Assembly (NCBI GenBank): GCA_017536695.1
Contig: JAFXGX010000041.1
Coordinates: forward strand, 52,006-116,005
Direction: 5' to 3'
DNA: 64,000 nt
Source: Bacteroidaceae bacterium
GTDB taxonomy: Bacteria; Bacteroidota; Bacteroidia; Bacteroidales; Bacteroidaceae
Under the pieces are notes generated by a model. It had not been told where the DNA came from. It did not search any database and saw only the letters and a program-made list of their open reading frames with translations. Within the stretch, counting starts at the first letter, position 1. Every line of letters starts with the position of its first letter. Shown here piece by piece: positions 10,857-20,045 of the stretch. The position numbers and the translations under genes were made by a program.

Positions 10857-12419
10857 ATGAGACTAAAATATAGCATATTTGCGGCCATAGCAGCACTGTC
10901 ACTGACAGCATGCGGAGATTTTCTCGAGCCTGATTCTGAAAGCGAGTTTGTCCCTGAAGATGCGACATCACTCAACGAGCTTCTGCTTGGTGAGGCATAC
11001 CAACGCAATGACATGGACGGTTTCAACATCTACCTTGGACTACTTGATGATGACATAGAGGCGGCACCCTACCAGACACCCAACGAAGGTTTCGACGGTA
11101 ACATATACCTTGCAAGCTACAGTTGGCAACCCGACATGTACAAGATGATGGAGGAGACCAATGCCGGACACATAAATATATATGAGCGCTACTACGAGGT
11201 TATCCTCGGGGCGAATGCCGTACTCGACTACATACCCAACGTAAGTGACAGCGAGGAGAACATCAACAATGTAAAGGCACAGGCATACGCTCTGCGTGGA
11301 TTCTACTATTTCAACCTTGTAAACATATACGGGCAGCCCTACAATGCCAATCCCGAAGCCCCCGGTGTTCCCCTAAAGCTCAACAGCGGTATCGAGGAGA
11401 GCCAGGACTATCTGAAAAGAAAGAGTGTTTCCGAGGTCTATAATCAGATTCTCAGCGACCTACATACAGCAGAGAGCGCATACCTGTCACTGCCCGAAAG
11501 CGAGCGATGGAGCGACAACTACCGCACAAGCCTTCCCATGGTGCAGTTGATGCTATCACGCACCTACCTTTATATGGAGAATTGGGCAAAAGCAGCCGAA
11601 TATGCCAAGCTTGTCATGGACAACAAGCAGTTCAAGCTTGTCGACCTCAACAATGTGCCCCTCAACGGCACCGATGAGGAGGGCAAGCCGGTGCGCAACT
11701 ACTATGTATTCCCTACATACAATTCGAGTGAGACAATATGGCCATATGGAAACGTGAAGGATATGTTCGATTGGACACACAAGGAGGCCAACAGCCAGAA
11801 CTCGAATACCGGCAGCAAGATGCATGCATACTTCCAGGCATCGGAAGAACTGCTCGGCACATATGTCGACTATGACCTCCGCCTCAACCGCTACATAGTC
11901 CAAGCACCGATGGGTAGCAGCAGTGAGCTTATGCGCATGGCATTCGGCAAAGTCTATGTAGGCACCACATACTATCTGCCGCAGAATGCAGTGGGAGTAT
12001 TCGGACGTTGCTTGCGTCTATCAGAGGCCTACCTCAACTATGCCGAGGCCAAAGCAATGCTTGGCGGCGAAAATATGGGAGAGGCGACCGATGCACTCAA
12101 TGCGTTGCGTGAGAAGCGTTTCGACCCCGAGGACTTCGAACCCGAGGAGTTTGACAGCCAAGAGGAGCTTGTACAGTTCATACGCGATGAGCGCCGTCGT
12201 GAGCTCTGCTTCGAGGGACACCGCTGGTTCGACCTCCGCCGTTGGGGAATGCCGGCAATTACACACAAATGGTACGATAATTCAGAGAGCACAAGTTCAT
12301 ACCGTCTCGAAGAAGGCGACCTGCTTTATACACTCCCAATCCCTGATGAGGCAATGAACATGAACTCAAGCCTGGTACAGAACGAGCTCCCTGGCAAACG
12401 AGTACCAACAGTAGAATAA
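10857..12419 (+). CDS. SusD/RagB-family nutrient-binding lipoprotein
   Basis: Lipobox LSLTAC. C-terminal ERRRELCFEGHRWFDLRRWGM is characteristic of SusD. It directly follows susC. Confidence 0.92.
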   Translation: MRLKYSIFAAIAALSLTACGDFLEPDSESEFVPEDATSLNELLLGEAYQRNDMDGFNIYLGLLDDDIEAAPYQTPNEGFDGNIYLASYSWQPDMYKMMEETNAGHINIYERYYEVILGANAVLDYIPNVSDSEENINNVKAQAYALRGFYYFNLVNIYGQPYNANPEAPGVPLKLNSGIEESQDYLKRKSVSEVYNQILSDLHTAESAYLSLPESERWSDNYRTSLPMVQLMLSRTYLYMENWAKAAEYAKLVMDNKQFKLVDLNNVPLNGTDEEGKPVRNYYVFPTYNSSETIWPYGNVKDMFDWTHKEANSQNSNTGSKMHAYFQASEELLGTYVDYDLRLNRYIVQAPMGSSSELMRMAFGKVYVGTTYYLPQNAVGVFGRCLRLSEAYLNYAEAKAMLGGENMGEATDALNALREKRFDPEDFEPEEFDSQEELVQFIRDERRRELCFEGHRWFDLRRWGMPAITHKWYDNSESTSSYRLEEGDLLYTLPIPDEAMNMNSSLVQNELPGKRVPTVE

Positions 12420-12446
12420 GACCATTATGCCATAAAACATAATATC

Positions 12447-13478
12447 ATGAAAAGAGCAATAAGAACAGCAGCAATACTGCTTGCATGCATCGTTTCGCTT
12501 AATGCCTGCAGCGATGAGGAGACACTCAGCCCTTCGGGCAACTACTCTCCTATCCGTGGCGGTTTTCCACAAGGAGACAGCGAGTACGATTCAATCATCA
12601 ATGACATAAAGAACGAGTATGGAGTATACCTGCTTTACAAGGATATCACAGAAGAGGACCTCAACCGCGACTGGGTATCTGTCGGTACAGGCGACATCTA
12701 CGTAGGAGGCTATGAAGATGAGCGCGATGACCAGGCATGGAACCTGCCCGAGGAGCATCTTCCTTTCTATGTAGAATACTTCAACAGCTACATCTTCCCG
12801 AACATAAGCAAGGAGTTCGCCAAGACTACATTCCCGGTAAAGATATATATGATACACAACCTGCGCACCGAGCCCCGTGACTTCGGAGAAGGCGAGGAAG
12901 AGAGCGGAGGTGGAACAGATACCGATCCATCCAAGTCAATCAAACTCGGCAGTTTCGACAACTGGGCCATCAGTTTCAAGGAAGAGATAATTAACGGCAA
13001 CGATGATGAATACACTCTCCGTCAGCAGCGTTGCATGTTCATGATTCAGACTGTATACAACGCTATATCGAAAGGCGAGATTGTTTCACCCGATGAATTC
13101 TGGAGCGGATTCGACTTCTCGACCGACAAGAAGATGAACCATGTCGATCCCGACAAGGCAAACTACAAGTACAAGCTCGGTTTTGTCGACATGATAAACG
13201 ACAACTTCGGCACAGGTGTACTTCAGCAGGTCTGGGCACCGGCATACGCGAACGAGACAAGCTGCTACTATTGGGAGAAAGACAAGTACCCCAACTACAA
13301 TCTCTTTACCACATACATCAAGAACGCCATGTGGCTTACCCCAGAGGAGTTCGAGGCACGCTACCCTGCCGGCAAGTACCCGATGATAAAGGAGAAATAT
13401 GACATAGTGGTAAACCACCTGCTCAACACATATGGTTTTGACCTTGTAGGCATTGCAAGAGGTATAGACAAGCAATAA
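12447..13478 (+). CDS. Lipoprotein of unknown function, PUL-associated
   Basis: Lipobox VSLNAC; 343 aa; acidic. No catalytic motif seen (no HExxH, no GxSxG). 27 nt after susD. Confidence 0.6.
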   Translation: MKRAIRTAAILLACIVSLNACSDEETLSPSGNYSPIRGGFPQGDSEYDSIINDIKNEYGVYLLYKDITEEDLNRDWVSVGTGDIYVGGYEDERDDQAWNLPEEHLPFYVEYFNSYIFPNISKEFAKTTFPVKIYMIHNLRTEPRDFGEGEEESGGGTDTDPSKSIKLGSFDNWAISFKEEIINGNDDEYTLRQQRCMFMIQTVYNAISKGEIVSPDEFWSGFDFSTDKKMNHVDPDKANYKYKLGFVDMINDNFGTGVLQQVWAPAYANETSCYYWEKDKYPNYNLFTTYIKNAMWLTPEEFEARYPAGKYPMIKEKYDIVVNHLLNTYGFDLVGIARGIDKQ

Positions 13479-13488
13479 TAGAAGAGCG

Positions 13489-14616
13489 ATGAAAGAGACC
13501 ATAGTTGCCATATTGTTAATACTTCTGGTGCATACCTCATGCTCTGGAACACCCGAGAACCGCTCCGTAGAGCAGGAACAGGCACGTGTCGACTCATTAT
13601 GGCATAAAGAGTTCGGGAGCGCCGAGGAGATTATCGCTAACTTCAATGCAATAAAAGAGCAGATAAAAGGAAGCGCACGTGAGGTACAGACCGAGAACCT
13701 GTGCCACTACATATGGCAGAGCGGAGAGTACATGTTCCGCTGCCGCGGAAAGAACGAGGACATAACACTCCTGCCTCCTAACATCGAAGAGATAGCACTC
13801 GACGATGCTACGGTAGAGGCATATATGATAGAACGTGACACTGCACGGTTCGCCGACCACTATTTTACCCTAAAGGCAATGAAACGCGGTGACAGTTTCG
13901 AGGAGTCACGAGACGGGATAACAATAACCGTCTTCTACAGACCGCGTAGCATGAACAGCAACGACTATGCCAAGATGAAAGAGGTCTTCTCATGCAAGAA
14001 TGATGCACTGCACATAGCTTACATGAAAAAACTGAAGTTCCCGTTCCGTAATAGCGGCTGCAACGAAGAGTTCTATGCAGTGCGCCCCTTAATAGAGAAA
14101 AATGTCAAAGAGAGCAGACTAAAGAGCGAGATAATAACACTTTTTGACTCATACAGGAACGTGATGCCTGGCGAGCCTGCAGCTACACCCGTGCTCAAAG
14201 ACACAGAAGAGAGGGAACACACATTCGCCGAGTTCCGTGGCAAGGTGCTGGTAATTGATGTCTGGGCCACATGGTGCAGCAGTTGTCTTGCAAAGATGCC
14301 CAAGTTCATTGAACTGTACAACAGCTATAAAGGAAACGATGATATCCGGTTCATCACGGTATCCGTAGACCGCAAGGAGAAGCGTGAAAGCTGGCTTTCA
14401 GCAATCAAAAAGAGGAATATGGGAGAACTGCTCAACCTCTATCCCGACTGTTCTGTCGAGTCTGAGTTCGAGAGTGAATACCACGTATCAGGCATTCCCA
14501 GATATATCATCCTTGACAAGATGGGCAGAATTGTCACAGCATATGCGCCGCCTCCGGGAGAAGGGATGGAAGAGATTATTGAAAAGACATTGAATAAAAC
14601 AGAGATGAATAATTGA
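13489..14616 (+). CDS. TlpA/ResA-like thiol-disulfide oxidoreductase lipoprotein with a ~230-aa N-terminal domain of unknown function
   Basis: Lipobox LVHTSC. C-terminal thioredoxin fold with VLVIDVWATWCSSCLAKMP (CxxC) and GIPRYIILD (cis-Pro loop). Confidence 0.8.
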   Translation: MKETIVAILLILLVHTSCSGTPENRSVEQEQARVDSLWHKEFGSAEEIIANFNAIKEQIKGSAREVQTENLCHYIWQSGEYMFRCRGKNEDITLLPPNIEEIALDDATVEAYMIERDTARFADHYFTLKAMKRGDSFEESRDGITITVFYRPRSMNSNDYAKMKEVFSCKNDALHIAYMKKLKFPFRNSGCNEEFYAVRPLIEKNVKESRLKSEIITLFDSYRNVMPGEPAATPVLKDTEEREHTFAEFRGKVLVIDVWATWCSSCLAKMPKFIELYNSYKGNDDIRFITVSVDRKEKRESWLSAIKKRNMGELLNLYPDCSVESEFESEYHVSGIPRYIILDKMGRIVTAYAPPPGEGMEEIIEKTLNKTEMNN

Positions 14617-14617
14617 T

Positions 14618-15133
14618 ATGGAATATATAAAATCCATCGGCACACTGCTTGTTATTGCAATGTGTTCATGTTCAAGCAACACCACACCGGTAAAAGAACA
14701 GCAGGAAGAGTCACAGACAGTGCAGCAAGCAGTAGAGCAACTGCCCGAGAAAGAGTATAAGAGACTTACCGAGGAGCCAGGTGTCGTATTTTACGACATA
14801 ACCCTTGAGGAAGCCCTTGAAAAAGCGAAGAAGGAAGGCAAGTATGTACTTATAGATTGCCACACCAAGAGTTGCGGTCCATGCCGCAAGATGGAAAACG
14901 GTGTGTTCCCCCAAGAGCAATTGGGAAAGTTCATGAACGAACGCTTTGTACCCATAATGCGCGACATGGAAGAGAGCGAAGGCCTTGAGATTGCCGAGAA
15001 ATACAACATACAGATATATCCTACCATGCTTATACTTCTGCCAAACGCAGCAAAAGAGGGTGAAGTTGTAGGAGCGGAATTCAACATAGACTCCCTCATA
15101 TATATGTTGAAGAACATAATACAAGAAAAATAA
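14618..15133 (+). CDS. Thioredoxin-fold lipoprotein (CGPC active site)
   Basis: Lipobox IAMCSC and YVLIDCHTKSCGPCRKME. The start codon lies 1 nt after the preceding stop. Confidence 0.75.
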   Translation: MEYIKSIGTLLVIAMCSCSSNTTPVKEQQEESQTVQQAVEQLPEKEYKRLTEEPGVVFYDITLEEALEKAKKEGKYVLIDCHTKSCGPCRKMENGVFPQEQLGKFMNERFVPIMRDMEESEGLEIAEKYNIQIYPTMLILLPNAAKEGEVVGAEFNIDSLIYMLKNIIQEK

Positions 15134-15139
15134 ACAGCA

Positions 15140-15175
15140 ACGTAATCAAGCGGGCCAAGGCCCGCTTGATTACGT
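15140..15175 (+). terminator. Perfect 17-bp-stem hairpin ending the SusC-thioredoxin operon
   Basis: acgtaatcaagcgggcc / ggcccgcttgattacgt around a 2-nt centre, 7 nt after the stop at 15133. Confidence 0.75.
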
Positions 15176-15260
15176 ATAAAAGCTTGAGTAACATATGTTA
15201 ATATATCTCTTATTTGACATGTTATCTCTTCATTCATTTTCACAATCCGGAGGAAATGAG

Positions 15261-15268
15261 TAAATTTG
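15261..15268 (+). promoter_or_regulatory. -7 box TAaaTTTG for the T9SS cargo gene
   Basis: taaatttg lies 47 nt upstream of the ATG at 15315. Confidence 0.5.
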
Positions 15269-15314
15269 CAATATGAAAGCAAACATAAGAAACATTATCA
15301 AATAACAAGGAAAT

Positions 15315-17375
15315 ATGAAGAAATTTTTACTTTCACTTTTCTGCCTCATTTTCATGGCAGTGACAGCGGGTGCCGAAACCTACACCCACACATTCAAGAG
15401 CGGTGAACTGACAACTGCCGGTGGTACCGTGACACTCAGCGACATCGAGTGGACTGCATCTTCTGCAACATACATCGGTTGGGACAACAACAATGGCAGA
15501 GGCATCCAATTGGGAAGCAAGAACACATTGAATCCAACTTACCAGCTCAGCACTTCTGCACTTGCAGGTTGCACCATCAGAAGCATCACGGTAAACAGCA
15601 GCATTGCATCCAACGGTGATGCCAAGTTGACAATATCTGTCGGCAGCCAGACATCGGAGGCATACACCTTGACGACATCGGATGCTGCATACACGTTCGA
15701 CTGTGAAGACACTACCGGCGATATCAGTATCAACTGGACTGCTACAGACCGTGCCTACTATGTAAAATCAATCACTATTGAATACACCCCCGATGCCGGT
15801 ACAGTAATAGTACCTACACCGGAGTTCAAGACCCCCGCAGTAATCTATGCCGACAAAGTCGAGAAGGTAACCGTGGAAACAGAGGACCAGAATGCGGTCA
15901 TTTACTACACCACGGACGGCACAGACCCGAGCTATGAGGATTATGTAAACGAGACAGGCAGCACCAAGTGCAGCAAATACTGGGTAATGTACTTCAACCT
16001 TACCGAGACCACGACCATCAAGGCTATCGCTGTAAAGGTTGACGGCGATGTAGCATTCAAGAGTGCAATCGCAGAGCAGACATATATCGTATCGCCAACT
16101 GTACCATATATTCCGGCCAAGGAAATTGTATCGGGCAACAGATATGCAATCGTTGCTGCCGACAGCGCCGCTACATACTTCTACGAGGAGGACACATACG
16201 GTTATCTGCCGACAAAGACAGCAACAGACGTGAACGGCAAGTACATTGCAACTGTAAAATGTGCAGGCTTCACACTCACATCTGTTGACGGAGGCTACAC
16301 CATACAGGATGAGCTCAACCGCTACGTTTACCACAAAGGAACAAACACAAGCTTCAACTTCACAGCAGAGAAACCTGCTGAAGGCGCAATATGGAGCATA
16401 AAGACAGATGCTGACGGCAATGCGACCATTACTTGTGACGGATACACAGTATACTACTCTACCAAATACAAATCATACGGTTGCTACCCCGCCGACAAGG
16501 TTACCGAGGAGCACGTTCTTCCAAAGCTGTTCATGCAGCGCGAATATCCGACATACACCGTGACTCCCGAGAACAATGCAACCATCGATAAACTTGATAA
16601 GATTATCATCACATGCGAGGAGGGTATTGCAGCGACAAAAGACCTTGTGATTAAGGCCGAAGGCAAGTCTGCAACATTCACAATCGAGCAGACCGACAGC
16701 AAGACACTGACCGTCACACCGTCATCGCCCATTACCACTGAGAACAACATGGATTTGAATATAAACATCACTGCCGGAGACATCATTCTTAATCCAGAGG
16801 TTATGAGCATGTCATTCCCTGTACCGACAAAGTATGGTGTACGCAAAATTGCAAAATACCTCCTCACCGGTAATGCACCTGCAGCAACGATAGAGAAGAT
16901 AACACCGGCAAACGGTTCAACAGTTGAAGAACTTTCACACTTTGTCTTCACATTCAGCTACTATGCCGGGCACAGCGATGATGCAAACCTGCAGCCAAGA
17001 CTATATGCCGAAGGCAAGGAGTGGACCTATGCCCTTGAGAAGACCATTGTGAACAGCGACGGCTCGAACATCGGAATGATGCAGGCAGCACTCAAGACCA
17101 CCGAACCATTAAAGGGCAACGGCACGTATTACCTTGAGATACCTACAGGCTATTTTACCGACGCCAACGGCAGGGCCGTAGAGGGCATTTCTCTCAAATA
17201 CACAGTAAAGAATGACAGCGGAGAGATTGCAGGCGTTGAGGATATCACAGCAGGCGAGAGTGGCAGGATTGAGATATTCACAGTAAACGGAACCAGAATC
17301 CTTGACAATGAGAACATAGAATCTCTTCCAAAAGGAATTTATATCATCGGCGGCAAAAAGACCTATATAAGATAA
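15315..17375 (+). CDS. Multi-domain secreted surface protein with a T9SS C-terminal sorting domain
   Basis: Signal peptide. A chitobiase/Fn3-associated-like module (AVIYYTTDGTDPS). Two Ig-like modules. The C-terminus GRIEIFTVNGTRILDNENIESLPKGIYIIGGKKTYIR is typical of Por/T9SS CTDs. Confidence 0.8.
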   Translation: MKKFLLSLFCLIFMAVTAGAETYTHTFKSGELTTAGGTVTLSDIEWTASSATYIGWDNNNGRGIQLGSKNTLNPTYQLSTSALAGCTIRSITVNSSIASNGDAKLTISVGSQTSEAYTLTTSDAAYTFDCEDTTGDISINWTATDRAYYVKSITIEYTPDAGTVIVPTPEFKTPAVIYADKVEKVTVETEDQNAVIYYTTDGTDPSYEDYVNETGSTKCSKYWVMYFNLTETTTIKAIAVKVDGDVAFKSAIAEQTYIVSPTVPYIPAKEIVSGNRYAIVAADSAATYFYEEDTYGYLPTKTATDVNGKYIATVKCAGFTLTSVDGGYTIQDELNRYVYHKGTNTSFNFTAEKPAEGAIWSIKTDADGNATITCDGYTVYYSTKYKSYGCYPADKVTEEHVLPKLFMQREYPTYTVTPENNATIDKLDKIIITCEEGIAATKDLVIKAEGKSATFTIEQTDSKTLTVTPSSPITTENNMDLNINITAGDIILNPEVMSMSFPVPTKYGVRKIAKYLLTGNAPAATIEKITPANGSTVEELSHFVFTFSYYAGHSDDANLQPRLYAEGKEWTYALEKTIVNSDGSNIGMMQAALKTTEPLKGNGTYYLEIPTGYFTDANGRAVEGISLKYTVKNDSGEIAGVEDITAGESGRIEIFTVNGTRILDNENIESLPKGIYIIGGKKTYIR

Positions 17376-17392
17376 AGACCTATATAAGATAA
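17359..17392 (+). repeat. Perfect 17-bp tandem duplication (agacctatataagataa x2) spanning the stop codon of the T9SS cargo gene
   Basis: Read directly: 17359-17375 is identical to 17376-17392. Confidence 0.95.
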
Positions 17393-17415
17393 GGAATTGC
17401 AGCCTGTAATACCAT

Positions 17416-17457
17416 AAAGGGAACTGCGTCAACATTGCTTTTGACACAGTTCCCTTT
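17416..17457 (+). terminator. Hairpin terminator of the T9SS cargo gene
   Basis: aaagggaactgcgtcaa / ttgacacagttcccttt: a 17-bp stem with one mismatch and an 8-nt loop. Confidence 0.65.
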
Positions 17458-17544
17458 GCTTAATATGAATTGACAGGATACAAGACATGCCCGAGATACC
17501 TACAGAGCCAATCAGGACCGTAGTGGCTAATTATTGCTTGCTTT

Positions 17545-17850
17545 GTCATTTCGAGCGCATTCTAGAAATCTCAAGGAATTCAATGGGATGAGATTTCTCC
17601 TCCTGCAAAGAGGAAAGTGATTTCATGAGCAACAGTTCCTCTGTCCTTTGTACACCTTCTGTATAAACAGGGGAGGACTGGAGACCTTCAAGCCAAAAGG
17701 CGTTGGCTGAGATGTTTCGCTTCGCTCAACATGACAGGCGCTGTTTATGGCCTGAACGCAGCGCGGAACTGTTCATTCTGACGGAACGGAAGAACTGCAA
17801 TATTAATAGTGTCCAGTCATTCCGAGCGAGCGTAGCGACGAGGAATCCCA
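17545..17850. repeat. Cluster of four short hairpin repeats (GTCAT-NNN-GAGCG...N'N'N'-ATC type) in a ~520-nt ORF-free region
   Basis: Copies at 17545-17573 (+), 17709-17738 (inverted), 17771-17796 (+, degenerate) and 17816-17848 (+). The stems are atttc/gaaat, atgtt/aacat and attcc/ggaat. Confidence 0.7.
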
Positions 17851-17981
17851 GAACCCGCAAGCAGTACTGGACTGGACCTTGATACCAACAACAACCAGGT
17901 AACTTGCTAATTGTGACGTACCACCCTTTCTCATTTGCAAAAAAGATTGGCGCAAAATAGCATTTTACCGAATTTTATTTT

Positions 17982-17989
17982 TATATTCG
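17982..17989 (+). promoter_or_regulatory. -7 box variant TAtaTTCG for the DUF349 gene
   Basis: tatattcg lies 61 nt upstream of the ATG at 18050. Confidence 0.4.
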
Positions 17990-18049
17990 CAGAATAATGC
18001 GCATGTGCGCAGATAAGTAATTTGACTACAACTCAAAAAAGTTAAGCAG

Positions 18050-19933
18050 ATGAGTGAAACATTGAAACCCGATGCTCAGTTAGAGGAACAGAACATCGCG
18101 AAGACCCCTGAACAGGCTGACAATGCCGCTACGACCGAGTTTAGCAACGAACAGCCTGCCCCAGAGACAGTAGAGGAAATCCCCGCCGTACAGGATGAGG
18201 AGAGTGACAACGTAGGCGCAAGACCGGCTAGCCGTCAGGAGATTATTGAGCGCTTGAAAGCTATTGCTGAGAGCGATGATGTGCTCAGCTGCAAGGCCGA
18301 GACAGAAAGCCTCAAAGTGCAGTTCTACCGCATGCGTACAGCCGAGATTGAGGCTGCCCACAAGGCCTTTGTCGAGCAAGGAGGCGAAGAGGCGCTTTTC
18401 ATTCCACAAGAGGATGAGCTCGATGCCCCCTTCAAGGAGGTAATGAACGTGATTAAGGCAAAGCGCAACGCCTGGATTGCCGCACAGGAAGAAGAGATGA
18501 AGAAGAACCTTGCGCTTAAGGAGGAACTTCTTAAAAAGTTGCAGTCGCTTGTCGAGAAGGCAGAGCAGGGAACACCTGATGTAAGTGAGTTCAAGGCACT
18601 CCAGGCACAATGGAAGGAAATCAAGAGCGTTCCTCAGGAGCACGTTACAACATTATGGAAACAATACCAGCTGCTTGTGGAGCAGTTCTACGATGTACTC
18701 AAGATAAACCATGAGTTCCGTGAGTACGACTTCAAGAAGAACCTTGAGATAAAGACCAGAATATGCGAGGCTGCCGAGGCCCTCGAGAGCGAGGAGGATG
18801 TAATCAGCGCATTCCGCCAGCTGCAGCAGCTGCACAACGAATACCGTGAGACAGGCCCTGTTGCGCCAGAGCTGCGCGAGGAGCTGTGGACACGTTTCAA
18901 GGCAGCATCGACTATCATCAACCGCCGTCATCAGGAGCACTTCGAAACAAAGAAAGAGCAGGAGATGGAGAACCTTGCCAAGAAGAGCGCCATATGCGAA
19001 CAGATTGAGGCCATTGACTACAGCACACTTACCACATACCAGGCATGGAATGCAGCAACAGAGATGATTCTTGACCTCCAGGCACAGTGGAAAGGCATAG
19101 GTTTTGCTCCGCAGAAAATGAACATGAAGATATTCGAGCGTTTCCGTGCTGCATGCGATGAATTCTTCAAGCAGAAAAGCGAGTTCTACAAAGAGACAAA
19201 GAGCACCCTCGCAAGTAACCTTGAGCGCAAGAAAGCCCTCTGTGAGCAGGCCGAGCAGCTCAAAGAGAGCGAAGACTGGAAAGATACAGCCGAGAAGCTT
19301 ACCAGGTTGCAGAAAGAGTGGAAAGAGATTGGCCCTGTACCGCACAAACACTCCGAGGCGCTATGGAAACGTTTCGTGACAGCATGTGACGCATTCTTTG
19401 AGCGCCGCAATGCAGCTACATCATCACAGCGTGCCGAAGAGCAGGAGAACCTGAGACAGAAACGCGAAGTCATAGAGGCACTCAAGGCTATCGACACCAC
19501 GCTGCCGGCCGATGAGCAGACAAAACTCATATCAGAGTTGACAGCCAAGTGGAACAGCATCGGCTTTGTTCCTTTCAGAGAGAAGGACAAGATATACAAG
19601 GAGTACAAGCAGATTCTGAATGCTCTCTACGAGAAGTTGCATATCACTGCTAACGAACGCAAGCTCGCTAACTTCCGAAGCAATGTAGGCAAGGGCTCAA
19701 GCAGCCTGCAGCGTGAACGTGAGCACTTGATACGCCAGTACGAGGCATTGAAGAGCGAGATTGCCACATATGAGAACAACATCGGTTTCCTCAGCGTATC
19801 GAACAAGAAAGGCGCGAGCCTTGTAGATGTTATGCGTCAGAAAGTCGAGAAACTGAAACAGGACGCACAGGTTATCCTGCAAAAAATTCATATAATCGAG
19901 GATGAAATAGAAAAAGAAAAGGAAGGTAAATAA
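18050..19933 (+). CDS. DUF349 repeat protein
   Basis: 627 aa, highly charged. Repeated units of the form W..F..A.D.FF..R (LWTRFKAASTIINRRH, IFERFRAACDEFFKQK, LWKRFVTACDAFFERR). Confidence 0.8.
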   Translation: MSETLKPDAQLEEQNIAKTPEQADNAATTEFSNEQPAPETVEEIPAVQDEESDNVGARPASRQEIIERLKAIAESDDVLSCKAETESLKVQFYRMRTAEIEAAHKAFVEQGGEEALFIPQEDELDAPFKEVMNVIKAKRNAWIAAQEEEMKKNLALKEELLKKLQSLVEKAEQGTPDVSEFKALQAQWKEIKSVPQEHVTTLWKQYQLLVEQFYDVLKINHEFREYDFKKNLEIKTRICEAAEALESEEDVISAFRQLQQLHNEYRETGPVAPELREELWTRFKAASTIINRRHQEHFETKKEQEMENLAKKSAICEQIEAIDYSTLTTYQAWNAATEMILDLQAQWKGIGFAPQKMNMKIFERFRAACDEFFKQKSEFYKETKSTLASNLERKKALCEQAEQLKESEDWKDTAEKLTRLQKEWKEIGPVPHKHSEALWKRFVTACDAFFERRNAATSSQRAEEQENLRQKREVIEALKAIDTTLPADEQTKLISELTAKWNSIGFVPFREKDKIYKEYKQILNALYEKLHITANERKLANFRSNVGKGSSSLQREREHLIRQYEALKSEIATYENNIGFLSVSNKKGASLVDVMRQKVEKLKQDAQVILQKIHIIEDEIEKEKEGK

Positions 19934-19951
19934 TCTACCCTACCAATAAGA

Positions 19952-19987
19952 ATCAGAGGTCAGCACCGATGGATGCTGACCTCTGAT
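19952..19987 (+). terminator. Hairpin after the DUF349 gene
   Basis: atcagaggtcagca / tgctgacctctgat: a perfect 14-bp stem with an 8-nt loop. Confidence 0.7.
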
Positions 19988-20045
19988 TTATACTAAAATC
20001 ATAAAGTTCTTAAACAGTGCATGTAACTCACATAGCCTGCCACCT

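Noticed and set aside
12447-13478. SusD-adjacent lipoprotein as a substrate-import-associated zinc metallohydrolase
   Set aside because: No HExxH or other metal-binding motif is present in the translation, so I left it as an unknown lipoprotein.
17458-17981. Known housekeeping RNAs (RNase P RNA, tmRNA, SRP RNA, 6S) in the large ORF-free gap
   Set aside because: I could not find the conserved strings I associate with them, such as the GGAAAGTCCGGGC-like P4 of RNase P, a tRNA-like tmRNA end with GGTTCGA and CCA, or the SRP GGAA/AGCA symmetric loop. This cannot be excluded without a covariance-model scan.
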